From: Octopus sinensis
Lineage: Eukaryota
Direction of reading: 5' to 3'
Assembly: GCF_006345805.1 (NCBI RefSeq)
Contig: NC_043001.1
Location: forward strand, 15,996,001-16,060,000
DNA: 64,000 nucleotides
This document shows, piece by piece, positions 1-12,859 of the stretch. How positions within the stretch are numbered: position 1 is the stretch's first letter; each line of letters begins with the position of its first letter. A program made the position numbers and the translations under genes. The notes below the pieces were generated by a model. That model made no database searches and was not told where the DNA came from. It saw only the letters and a program-made list of their open reading frames with translations.

Positions 1-367
1 TTCTTTTTTGCAGTCTGTTTGATCACTTTTGCTTGTTTTGTGGCAGTGGTTATTATTATTATTATTGTTGTTGTTGTTGGTCTTCTTCTTCTTCTCTTCT
101 TCTTCTTCTTCTTCTTCTTCTTCTTCTTCTTCTTCTTCTTCTTCTTTTCTTCTTCTTCTTCTTCTTCTTCTTTCGTAACGCAGTATAGGTAAAAATGCAC
201 CGAAGTGTTTAGTCATCTGTCAAGTCACAACAAGGACCTCAGACAGATAATACTTTCCTTAAGATGTGCGTTGTGCCCATTAAGGCTGCTTTTTGCAAGA
301 CAGCAATCTTGCATGGGATTTCCAGTTGTCTTAAGAAATCTTGAAGTTTCAATGGGATTGAGCAGTG

Positions 368-402
<35 letters not shown>

Positions 403-601
403 TATTATTATTATTATTATTAATGTTATTATTATTATTATTATTATTGAGTGAGAGAGCAGTTCATGCCATCAAAGTGACACTGGGGTAAAATACACGA
501 AGCCCAGTATACCCATCATGACTACCCGTCTGATAAGGGTACACCAGGTACATGCATCACAACCATATGTGCGCGACATTTATTATTTTTATTATTATTA
601 A

Positions 602-662
<61 letters not shown>

Positions 663-665
663 TAC

Positions 666-880
666 GGCGGTGAGCTGGCAGAATCGTTAGCACGCCGGGT
701 GAAATGCAAAGCGGTATTTCGTCTGCCGTTACGTTCTGATTTCAAATTTCGCCGAAGTCGACTTTTAATCTTTAGGGGGTCAATAAATTAATTACCAGTA
801 AAACACTGGGGTCGATAAAATCGACAAGTCCTCATCCAACAAATTTGAGGCCTTGTGCCTCCAGTACAAAGGATTATTAT
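666..880 (+). mobile_element. tRNA-headed SINE family 1; other copies at 7538-7680 (+), 13718-13905 (-), 19655-19890 (-), 30178-30388 (-), 30400-30545 (-), 31348-31563 (-)
   Basis: ggcgg.gagctggcagaa.cgttagcac head and gaggtcgactttgcctttcatcctttcggggtcgataaa core. Confidence 0.85.
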
Positions 881-2149
881 TATTATTACTATTTAGAGAG
901 CGAGAGATTGCGTCTCGTAAATTCTGCTCTCACAATTGGCTACCACTTTTAAATCTAGTGACCTACTGTCGTTAAAAAGTGATCCTATTTTCAAGCCAAG
1001 TGAATGCTACGCTCATTTACGTTATTGACCTTCACCACCGATATGCTAGACATCTTCTACAGTTCTATATGTACTGATTTGACTTTGAAAGAACACTCCA
1101 TATGATAAGAATTGTACAGCAAAAGTTTTCTAACTCTTGGCATGATCCTAACTAGAAGTCTATCTTGTACTGCTTGGAGGAAAGTTGGTCCCTCTGTCAT
1201 TGTATCTTTCTTTTACTTGTTTCAGTCATTTGACTGCGGCCATGCTGGAGCACCGCCTTTATTGATGTGTTTTCTTTCTTTCTTTTTTTTTTATAGCAAT
1301 CTCCACTGATTCGGCTTTCTCCTTTCCGCTACCCTCTGTGTACACTTGGCCCAGATTTGCGGTCGGGGCCAGAAGAGCTGCTTAACAATATGCCTGATAA
1401 AAGGATATCAAGCTTGCCGTTTACGTCTACAGATGTCACAGTTTCAACACTTACGGGTGCATTATTAACCAAGGCACCATAATGAGGGGTGTAAGATGGG
1501 CGAATAATGAAGAAAAACAGTGTCAGCAATAATATAGAAGAAATTCTGTCAAGGAAGCGAAGTGGGAAGAGCATGTTGAGATGAAATTTAACTGAAAGAT
1601 ATTTGTATATCATGGCTAGAGTGGGAAGGAAAAATGAATGAGGTTAAGGGCGAAGTAGAAATGGAAAAGGAAATGTAAGAACGAGAGGGGGAGGGAGGGA
1701 GGAGAAGGTAGAGAAAATGCAGCAGAAAAGTTGTAGTGACATTTCATTTCGGTCTTGTGCCACAAAATGTAATAAACAGTTGAGCGGAAATGGTGTGCTG
1801 GGAACAATGTTTAGTTGATCAACAATATGGCTGAGGGAAACCACCTCAGGGGAGCGGCCCTGCATATTATATTCAAATACCGTGGGGGTCTCTCACATGT
1901 GCAATACAGTGAAAGGATAAAATTTCGACCAACTAACATTATCCAAGCAATTAATAGGGAAAGATTCCCTTTGTTAGAAATCTAAAAACAATAAGTAAAT
2001 GCCTTAGGTCGATGAGTTTCTCAGATTCAGAAATCAATTTTTCTGTTGAAATATTTTGCTGTTGATTTTATCCGACTGTCAGCTTATTGGTTCGTCCGTC
2101 GCTGTCGACGATGACCAAGGATATCGCATGAGAGAAGACGGAGAACAGT

Positions 2150-2870
2150 ATGCCGGCTGTGACCAATCAGTCCGATGTGTGCTTGGGAGGTTCTGCCATA
2201 AGTCGGGCTCTGGTGCTCCGTTGGGATAGAAGACAAGAAGCTGGCTCTGGACTTGTGGAGTTTGCGGTTTCTTTGTTTCCCTGAAATCCTGTTCTATTTG
2301 TAGGAGGTGACCCCTCTGTCGGTGCAGCTTCGCCAGGCAGAGCAGTCTTGAGCTTGCGTTTCACACGTATCGGGGCTAATCTCAAAGATCTTCGTTTAGA
2401 CTTTGAGTGCGTTCTTGAAACGCTTTTTCTGTCCACTTTCTTGTCTACATTTGCCTTCTGCCAGTCTCTTGAGAATCTCATGTAAGGCATTCGATAAAAG
2501 GTGGCCTGTCCACTTCACTTACGCTCTTCTCAGCAGTGTGCAAATGCGTGGCAGATCAGTTCAAGGAAAAGACCTCCATGTCTAAGACCTTGTTTTGCCA
2601 GGTGATTTTCAACAGCTTTCTCAGGCAGTTCATGTGGAAGCAGTTTCGCTTTTTGGCGGGACATTCATAAACCGTCAAAATCTCGCAGGCGTACCGTAGC
2701 ATAGACAGGGCAACTTTTGTACACCTTCAACTGAATTAGAAACACTGTCACTTGATGAATGACTTAACATCGAAACAAGAATAACAAGCCGATAAGGTGA
2801 TGAGGACAACCTTTAGGTTGCAGATTGACCTGATAGAAACAGTAGAAAAATATCACACATTAAAATTCAC
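2150..2870 (-). mobile_element. RTE-clade LINE, decayed RT C-terminus
   Basis: Frameshifted YACEILTVY, FHMNCLRKLLKITWQNKV, KWTGH, GQKKRFKNALK, AQDCSAWRS and terminal GRTSQAHIGLIGHSR. Confidence 0.8.
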
Positions 2871-3743
2871 ATTCTCCTATTTGAAAACCATGGAAACTTA
2901 TATTGAAAAAAATATAGTCTAACGTTCAATATGTTTGAGTAAGGAAACGGAGTGGACACGAGAGGATTGCCTTTGATCAACCAGTGCTTAACTGGGATTA
3001 TTAAACCACCACCACCACCACCACCACTATATGTATTTATATATATATGTATATATATATATGTATGCATATATATATATATGTATATATACAAAATTTA
3101 GAGGAATGACCACTAATAGTGGACAGCCTGTATGCTAGAAATAGACGTCAAACTCGCCATTTACCACCAAGAATAAAGGTCCATAAAGGTCCATAAAGCT
3201 AAACCCTTTATGGACGGGAACCAATGTAATCCCATAAACCGGCCTTCTCCAAGAGAAAACATAGACTACTCTGCATCTTAGAGTGTGCTTCTTCTCTGGT
3301 TTTATGTCTTCTACTATATATACATATACATATATGTATATATTTACGTTTACGAATGCGTCCGTGCGCGTTTGTGCGTGTGGTTTTGTGTGCAAAATCT
3401 TTGTAGCTAATTCATTCATAAAAAGTAGAAATATATGAAAAATAAACCTACTTAGATTTGTGATTAATTAAAGAACAAGTGGTTCTTTAGAAACTTCTGG
3501 ACAACAATGGTGACTATCGAAAATGAAAGATCAACTTTGACACGTCTCCAGGCATCAAAGAGATTGGGTTGTATTTTGCTTGTGAAAAGGAAGGGTTTGC
3601 AGGTGAGCTGTTGTGGTAAGTGGTTAGGGTGACCGCTAAATGGCGGCCTTCTTCGTCTTTCTCTCTTTCTTTCTCGTTATACTTGTTGTTTTGTCATGGA
3701 CAATTTCTAGAGTGTGTATTTGAAATCAAAATACGAAATAGTG

Positions 3744-3780
<37 letters not shown>

Positions 3781-3782
<2 letters not shown>

Positions 3783-4073
3783 GAGGTAACCAGAATGTGG
3801 AATCTAAAAACAGAAACAATTCCTATCATAGTAGGTGCATTAGGCATGATAAAAAAAATATTCAGACAAATACATAACAAAAACACCAGGACTTACAAAC
3901 ACATATAACATACAGGAAATTGCACTACTAGGCACTGCACACATCCTACGCAGAACACTTTCCATACAATAACCATCAGAGCATCACAACAAATCACAGC
4001 ACATACCCAAGGCACACAGAGGTAATGAAGTGAAAGCACGCTAAAAAAAAAATAAAACTACTGAATAATAATA

Positions 4074-4075
<2 letters not shown>
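3781..4075 (+). mobile_element. 3' end of a restriction-endonuclease-type (R4/Dong-like) LINE between (AAT)n tracts
   Basis: EVTRMWNLKTETIPIIVGALGMIKK...IALLGTAHILRRTLSIQ*, short 3' UTR, (AAT)n on both sides. Confidence 0.7.
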
Positions 4076-4135
<60 letters not shown>

Positions 4136-4340
4136 GCCCTGATGCAGTACCAGACAGTGGCTCTCGTGGCTTCTGATCTTAACTGAAGTGTTATCATGTA
4201 CATTGTTTTGTCTTGGGTACAAAAGATGGGCTACAGCAAATATTCTGCTCAATACCACAGATTTGCCTGTCAGCTGTTTGACCTTAACCAGTTGAGCATG
4301 TCCCTCAGTGGCTGACGATACGTGCATCTCTGACCACGAG

Positions 4341-4568
4341 TTGATGACGGCGGCGAGAGAGACGCGTGGGTGACTTTGTGCCTATGCATAATATACATGC
4401 ATGCATACACACACACACACACACACACACATGCATGTATTATACATATGCAATTTCTATTTGTACGTTCTGAGTTAATATTCCGGCGAATTCGGGTTTT
4501 CGCCCTTAAAAGGTAAGGAAATTGAACATCAGCAAATGGTGCTGCTATTGAAATCACACACACACACA

Positions 4569-4599
<31 letters not shown>

Positions 4600-4790
4600 C
4601 CACACACACACACAGACACACACAGACACACACACACACAGACACAGACACAGACACAGACACACACACACGAGGAATGTTGGTGCAAGCAGGAAAATAG
4701 AACTCAAAATATGAGTATATGTATATTTTTATTGACATTTAGCAACAAAGTGACTCAAGGGGTGAGAGTTTCGTGCGTAGGCTCCTATTA
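4341..4790. repeat. Interspersed repeat, second copy at 6009-6385 (possibly PLE-derived)
   Basis: ttgatgacg.cggcgagagagacgcgtgggtgactttgtgcc...gcaacaaagtgactcaaggg..gagagtttcgtgcg shared by both copies. Confidence 0.75.
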
Positions 4791-6563
4791 AATTGGAGCA
4801 TCATAGCCGTGTGTTGAAAGGAATTCTTAGAGGCTTGGATAATTCACATTTGGAAACATGGGTGGTTCGATGAACATCCTTAAACAATCCTTATTCAGGG
4901 ACCTTTTGACCAGGCTGGGCTACTCGACCAGAAGAAAATTCTAACTTGGCCCCCACCTGCAAGGTCATGCGCTGTTTATCTTGATATGAGATCACCATGT
5001 CGCGCCAGTCTTGTCACATTTTGTGCCAACCTGAAATCTCATTGATAACTATGTTAAAGGGTATATGTGTCTGTGGAGTGCTCAGCCACTTGCACGTTAA
5101 TTTCACGAGCAGGCTGTTCCGTTGATCGTATCAATTAGAACGTCGACGTCTAACCGACAGAGTGCTAGTTTAAACAAGGTTTATTTAGCTGTTTCTTCGC
5201 AGATTGAAAAACAATGATAAACAGCCTTAATCGATTATCGAATTTTATTGAGTTCTCATCAGCAACGTCTGTATCCATTTGACCAATCCAAAAAATCCAA
5301 CAACAAATCAGTTTGTATACTCGACAATTACAGCAACTACAGAAAACTGGAGCTCATAGCTTGCATACCGTATGGTTGTGTATGCATGCGCGTCTGTGTG
5401 TATGTGTGTGTTTGTGAGCTCCTCGTTGGGTGTATGTATGCTTCTGTGTATGTATTCGTGTAAATGAGTTTGTGTCTGTGTGTACATGTGCGCGTGCGAT
5501 CCCCCGCCTGGTCGTTTGTATGTATGCGTGTACGTGTATATGTATATAATGCATGCATTGTATGTATGTACGCATGTATGTATGCATATATGTATGTATA
5601 TATGTATGTGTATATGTGTATATATGTATGTACATATGTATGTATATATGTATGTATACATGTGTATATATGTATGTATATATGTATGTATATATATATA
5701 TGTTTGTATATGTGTATATATATATAATGCATGCATTGTATGTATGTATGTATGTATGTATGTATGTATGTATGTATGTATGTGTGTGTCATGTTCATGT
5801 ATCGCTCTTGTGGGTCCCCTTTCTTCTGTGTACCGCATATGTGTGCGTGTGTGATTGTGGGAGGGACAGAAACAGGAAATGGAAGTGGGCCAGTGGCTGT
5901 GGAACTGTGTTGGAACTGTGGTTCTGTGGAACTGAAGAATATGGTGGAGTGGCTGAGAATGAGGTCAAAACAAGATGAAGGCAATTTCGGAAGGGGTGGG
6001 TGGGGGGTTGATGACGACGGCGAGAGAGACGCGTGGGTGACTTTGTGCCTATGCATAATATACATGCATACACACACACACACACACACATGTATATATT
6101 ATACATCATAAACAATTTCTATTTGTACGTTCTGGGTTAATATTCTGGCGAATTCGGGTTTTCGCCCTCAAAAGGTAAGGAAATTGAACATCAGCAAATG
6201 GTGCTGCAATTGAAATCACACACACACGCACACGCACACACATACACACACAAACAAACACACACGAGAAATGTTGGTGCAAGCAGGAAAATAGAACTCA
6301 AAATATGAATATATTTATATTTATAATAACATTTAGCAACAAAGTGACTCAAGGGCTGAGAGTTTCGTGCGAAGCTCTTACACGAAACTCTTGACCTTAA
6401 GTCACTCTGTTACTTGATAAGTAGCTTGTTTACCAACCATATATTTCCGGGCTCAGTTCTACTTCTACTGTAGTTTCGGGGTCGACCAAAGCCTTGTAAG
6501 TGGATTTGGTAGACGGAAACTGAAAGAAGTCCTTTGTATATATATATACGTGTGTGTGTGTGC

Positions 6564-6629
<66 letters not shown>

Positions 6630-6812
6630 TTTGTTCCCCTACCATCGCTTGATAACCGATGTTGGTGTGCTTAGGTCCCCGTTACCTAGCTGTTCGGCAA
6701 AAGAGACTGATAGAAGAAGTACTAGGCTTACAAAGAATAAGTCTTGGGATCGATTTGTTCAAGTAAAGGCGGTGCTCCAGCATGGCTGCAGTTAAATGAC
6801 TGAAACAATAAA

Positions 6813-6862
<50 letters not shown>

Positions 6863-6962
6863 TATATATATTTATATATGGCGGTACTTTACTCAACATT
6901 TAAACACACTAATTGACTTATACATATTTGTCCAAATTATCATTATTATTATTATTATTATT

Positions 6963-7503
6963 GAGTGAGAGAGCAGTTCATGCCATCAAAGTGACACTGG
7001 GGTAAAATATACGAAGCCCAATATACCATCATGACTACCCGTCTGATAAAGGTACACCAGGCACATGCATCACAACCATATATGCGCGACATGGTGATCT
7101 CATATCAAGATAACAGCACATGACCTTGCAGGTGGGGCCCAGTTAGAATTTTCTTCAGGTTGAGTAGCCCATCCCGCTCAAACGGTCCCTGAATAAGGGT
7201 TGTTTAAGGATGTTGAAGAACCACCCATGTTCCAGAGGTGAACTATTCAAACCCCAAAGAATCCCTCTCAACACATGGCTATGATGCTCCCCCACTACTT
7301 CTGCTCGTGATCAGAGATGCACATATCGTCAGCCACTAAGGACATGCTCAACTGGTTAAGGTCAAACAACTGACAAGCAAATCTGTGGTATTGAGCAGAA
7401 TATTTGCTGTAGCCCATCTTTTATACCAAGACAAAACAATGTACATGATAACACTTCCAATCAGTTAAGATCAGAAGCCATGAGAGCCACTGCCTGGTAC
7501 TGC
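6963..7503 (+). repeat. ~540-bp interspersed repeat bounded by (ATT)n; partial copies at 449-578 (+), 4132-4340 (-) and 4790-5015 (-)
   Basis: Shared gagtgagagagcagttcatgccatcaaagtgacactggggt...gagccactgcctggtactgc, with (ATT)n at each intact end. Confidence 0.85.
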
Positions 7504-7536
<33 letters not shown>

Positions 7537-7963
7537 AAGGCAGTGAGCTGGCAGAATCGTTAGCACGCTGGACGAAATGGTTAGCGGTATTTCGCCCGTC
7601 GCTACGTTCTAAGTTCGATATCCTCCGAGGTCGAAAAAATAAGTACCACCGACTTATCCCCGTCCCAAATTTCAGGCCTTGTTATGTGTGTGTGTGTGTG
7701 TGTATATATATAGTAAATCCCAAAATACGAAGAGCAAGCACAAAAGAAAAACAAGGTGAGGAGCGAGGACGCAGTACATGTAAAGTATTAGCAGACGCTC
7801 AGGGAAGGAAAGAAAGGTGGTTTTACGTTTCGACAAAGCTCTTCTTTAGATACAAGAAACAGAGCAAAGTCCAATAGAAAAGGAAGACGCAGGAAAAAGT
7901 CGCCAAAGAATCACATGTGGTTACATTTTGAAAAAAAAAAAAAAAAAAAAAAATATATATATA

Positions 7964-8701
7964 CGAGCAAAACGCCCCCCCCCACCTCCCGTCCAATGGT
8001 CGGTGGTGAGTTGTCAAACATTTAAACCAAATTTTCTCAAAACAATTTGTCCGACCGTCCCATAGGCCTCCCCTTTGAGAAACACTGATTTAACCTAAAT
8101 TTGAGACACCAGCAAAAGAAGAAATAAAGATAGACTTTTTTTCTATTCCAAAGAAAAACGATTTTATTCACGCAAATATGCAACCGAAGAGTTTAAAGTA
8201 CCAGTAATGATAAGGCTGTTAACTGGGAGAACACAAACAAGGTAAATCATTTATTAGCAAGGAAATAGTATTTTCTTCCTTGAATAAAAAGTAATCAGTG
8301 TTTTCTTTTCATTAAAAAATAATTAAGCATACCTTTATTTCAATAAAATTTTTGGTTTTGTTAAACGGATTTAAGGCAAAAAAAAAAAAAACTTCTTGAG
8401 AAACCAAATAGTCTTTCCTTCCTTCATGCCAAGTTTGAAGAAAATATCTCTTTTGCATCTTACTTTTTTAGTCTCTTAAATAAACTGCATTTTGTGGCAG
8501 TATTTCAAACCAAATGCATGTTCCCACGGCTTTAGCGATCACATTCTTACCTGGAATTGATTTTTGTAATTTTTTCAAGACTTATACACGCCCTGATACC
8601 GTCGGTATCTACATATCAAATTTGAGTGCAATCGGATGGAGGATGCCTGAGATCCTAGAAGACACACACACAGACAGACAGAACGGATTTTATATAATAG
8701 A
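7964..8701 (-). mobile_element. Non-autonomous Helitron-like element, family A
   Basis: Minus strand A|TCTATTATATAAAA 5' end; subterminal hairpin and CTCG|T 3' end; internally deleted homolog at 22612-22981. Confidence 0.65.
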
Positions 8702-8879
8702 TATATAAAACTTAGATATGTTTCGACCAAAGATTGGTCCAGGCTATGTCTAACTTAATAGCACCACCTGATAGGATTGTCTAAATCCTGTTTAAGTCAA
8801 GTTTTGTTTATGGGCCATTCAAGTAGTGAGTTTTTGTTGGGTGAATTGTATCCGGGTATGGGTGGCTTATCCGGTATTC

Positions 8880-8965
<86 letters not shown>

Positions 8966-8971
8966 ATATAT

Positions 8972-9005
<34 letters not shown>

Positions 9006-9186
9006 CATACGTGTCTATCTTATCTATGCTTATATTTGTGCGTTTGTGGAAATGTGGTTGGTTGTGGTGGTTTTTGGAAAGGATGACACTGAAAACAATA
9101 GCCACAGCTGCCACACTAACTGCAACAGCTACAAGGAAAAAAAGCACCAATAGAAGTATGACAACTCTTATCGATACTACCCACCC

Positions 9187-9220
<34 letters not shown>

Positions 9221-9469
9221 AATTACTACTACTCTATGATCAGATCAACATCCTGTATATCAGTACAGAAGCTGCAACACCATACTGTACCTTCAAGTGC
9301 ACCACCGCCCCCAACAGCAACAGCAGTAATAAATGCAACGACAGGATGTCGCTCAGACCCGTTAGTAATATCTGTCTATCTATTTATCTGTCTGTCTGTA
9401 CAGACATACATAAATGCATATATGTACACACACACACGCACAAACGTACACATATATATGTATATATAA

Positions 9470-9866
9470 CTAGCAGTATCACCCGGCGTTGCTCGGGTTT
9501 GTTTCGACGTTTTAGAAATGGAATTTTTGAAAAGTAAAAATTTTGCATTATGTAGCTTGTTATTCTCTTTAAGTGAACATTTTTCTGGTTGAAATACACC
9601 GAAAACTGGTGAAACAGCAGTAAAAAAACCGTAAAAAATTGTAATTTTCATAGAAAAAAAAGCAACTTTTTGATGTAATTAATTTATGGTGTTAACATGG
9701 TCCGATTTGAATTTTTTCTTCTATGGAAGGAAGAGCAAGCTTTCTTCTATCATACTCTCAATTTTGGTCAACTTGTGCCGCAGGGTCTCGGAGGAGATAG
9801 TGTTAGTTGAAGGCTACCAAACCTGCCATACACACACAGACAACTTCAGCTTTATATATAGAGAGA
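9470..9866 (-). mobile_element. Non-autonomous Helitron, family B
   Basis: A|TC 5' end, CCCGAGCAACGCCGGG hairpin, CTAG|T 3' end on the minus strand. Confidence 0.78.
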
Positions 9867-10113
9867 TTTAAATTAACTTAAATAAGTGTCGGCCAATGAA
9901 GGGCCCTGTCCATGTCTAACTTAACAGCGCTACTTGATAGAATCCGTTAAATCGCTTTTAAATCACGTTTTGTGGCCCATTTAAGTAGGGAGATTTTGTT
10001 GACTGAGATGTATCCAGGTTGAGGTGGCTTATCTGGTGTCCCTTGAAGACATTTATCCAGGTTTCGTTCGAAGCTGATGGCACGTCTTTCTTCTTTGCTT
10101 CCTTTTCAGACAA

Positions 10114-10415
10114 TCTTTATATATAAAAGAGAAGTTGTGTGCTGTCTGTCTCCTACGATTTAGATTCCTAATTACTCCCACATTTTGCGGTGCAGTTTAA
10201 CCAAAAGCGGGTATCTTATAGTCGTGATTCATATCGAGCCCTTCTGGGTATTAGCGCGCGTCTACGATGAGTCTACGATTTAAAAAAAAAATTACCATCA
10301 TTTTTTCCCATTTTCAATGCATTTTGTTGCCATTATATAAGGGAAGTAACTCTCTAAAAATGCTTATATAGTTATTTCCCTTACAAACCCGAGCAACGCC
10401 GGGCGATACTGCTAG
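10114..10415 (+). mobile_element. Non-autonomous Helitron, family B
   Basis: a|TCTTTATATATAAA ... cccgagcaacgccggg ... CTAG|t, the canonical Helitron termini at an AT site. Confidence 0.82.
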
Positions 10416-10498
10416 TATTAAATAAAACAGGGACTGCTGAGGGAAAGAAATTGTGTTGCAGTGAATTTATATGCCTGAATTGCATATTTATATAAGTA

Positions 10499-10891
10499 CT
10501 AGCAGTATCGCCCGGCGTTGCTCGGGTTTGTAAGGGAAATAACTATACAGCATTTTTAGAGAGTTATAGCCAAAAAGTAGCAAAAAAATGCATTAAAAAT
10601 GGAAAAATATGATGGTAAATTTTTTTAAAAATCGTTGACTCATCGTAGATATTTTTAGAGAGTTACTTCCCTTTAAAAAAATATGCATGAAAATGGAAAA
10701 AAATGATGGTAAATTATTTTTAAAATCGTAGACTCATCGTAGACGCGCGCTAATACCCAGAAGGGCTCGATATGAATCACGACTATAAGATACCCGGTTT
10801 TGGTTAAACTGCACCGCAAAATGTGGGAGTAGTTAGGAATCTAAATCGAAGGGGACAGACACTCACACAACTACAGTTTTATATATAAAGA
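10499..10891 (-). mobile_element. Non-autonomous Helitron, family B, with an internal ~90-bp duplication
   Basis: Reverse complement of 10114-10415 with the same termini. Confidence 0.82.
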
Positions 10892-12111
10892 TAACTACAA
10901 CGCTGTCATTTATTTATTATTTTTTTGTTAAAGGTATTCTTTTCAAATGTCTACAAACACAGTCAGGCTGAAATAATTAATGCATTCTTCAAGGAGTGAA
11001 TAAAAAATCCTCAAACTTGAGGATATATGTGCATATATGTCTGTGTGTATTATATACTTGTACATATATATATATCTGTATCTATAAATCTCTCTCTTGT
11101 ATATATATATATATACTCTTTTTACTCTTTTTACTTGTTTCAGTCATTTGACTGCGGCCATGCTGGAGCACCGCCTTTAGTCGAGCAACTCGACCCCGGG
11201 ACTTATTCTTTGTAAGCCCAGTACTTATTCTATCGGTCTCTTTTGCCGAACCGCTAAGTGACGGGGACGTAAACACACCAGCATCGGTTGTCAAGCAATG
11301 CTAGGGGAACAAACACAGACACACAAACATATTCACACACACTTATATATATATACATATATACGACAGGCTTCTTTCAGTTTCCGTCTACCAAATCCAC
11401 TCACAAGGCATTGGTCGGCCCGGGGCTATAGCAGAAGACACTTGCCCAAGATGCCACGCAGTGGGACTGAACCCGGAACCATGTGGTTGGTTAGCAAGCT
11501 ACTTACCAAACAGCCACTCCTGCGCCTATATATATATATAAATAGGTGAGTGTATTTTTACCTTGTTTACAATCAACACGGAAAAAATAAATAAATAGTT
11601 ACCAGGGTAACAAAAATCTCACAAGTAAAGATGTTGTAACTCCTTGTTTATAAAGGCAGAAACTTCGTGTTTACGTTGAATATTTTGAATAATATATGAA
11701 TAAATAAATGGAATTTTAAACGCAGATGTAAGCATTGGCAAAAACATACATTTAGTGCATATAAGTAGTCTCTATCATTATATATAATTTAAACTTTAAT
11801 TTCCTTTATATTTAACATTCACTATTAATATCCCTACTCTTTCTGTTAGCTACTTATGACGTTATATCATATAACGTTTTTTTAAACAATATTAATAGCG
11901 TTCTGTCTATCGCTATACAAATCCATCATTTTTTGCTAAAATGTCTTATTGACGAGTTTCGCTTTTTTCACTTTCCCGAGAAGATTGCATCGTTTATACC
12001 ATTTATTCTTTTGAATAGAATCAGTGGAATTTTCGAAACATGTGTCGAAAGTAAAAATATTTGATTACACCTGCGTTAAACTCCATTTATTTATTCATAT
12101 ATATATATACA

Positions 12112-12830
12112 CAAGAGGCTAGAAAGGCGTACAGCACTTATTGCATGTGAGCTCAAGAAATATTCCCTTGATATAGTTGCCATCTTTGAAACTCATCTCT
12201 CTGGTGAGGGTCAAGTAAATGCACCTACTTATGGATATACTATCTTTTGGAGAGGCCTACCTGAAGGTCAGCGTAGAGAATCTGGTGTTGGGTTTGCTCT
12301 CAAGAATACATTAGTTTCCACCATTGCAGAGCTTCCAAGTAGTATATCTGAACGGATCATGCCATGTCGTATTAAACTGACAAAAGGTAGGTTTCTTACC
12401 TTTATACACCAACAATGTCACATTCTGATGAAACTGTAGGACAGTATTATCACGATCTAGCACAATTATTGAGGAAAGTACCAATTTATGACAATCTGGT
12501 CATATTGGGAGATTTCAATGCAAGAGTTGGAAAGGACTATGTTTCCTGGCCTGTTTTAGGTCGACATGGGATTGGAAAATGCAATAAAAATGGAGTAGCT
12601 CTTTTGACGTTTTGTATTGAGAATAATCTGGTTGTCACCAACACTCTGTTTAAGCAGAAAAATAGATATAAAACAACCTGGATGCACCCAAGATCTAAGC
12701 ACTGGCATCTAATAGATTATATTCTGATCAGGAAATGTGATATGAAAGACATTTGTAGTATTCGGGCCATGAGAAGAGCAGAGAGCTGGACTGACCATCA
12801 GATGATGGAAAATTAAATTTTTCGATAATG
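12112..12830 (+). mobile_element. RTE-clade LINE, apurinic endonuclease fragment
   Basis: ERRTALIACELKKY, SGVGFAL, LVILGDFNARVG, TTWMHPRSKHWHLIDYILIR, WTDH. Confidence 0.9.
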
Positions 12831-12859
12831 CCTAAAAGTTAACAGTCTAGTCCAAACCA

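Noticed and set aside
8712-8750. Hairpin + GAAACAUAUC (minus strand) resembling a hammerhead 3' half
   Set aside because: No CUGANGA core upstream in either copy of the repeat.
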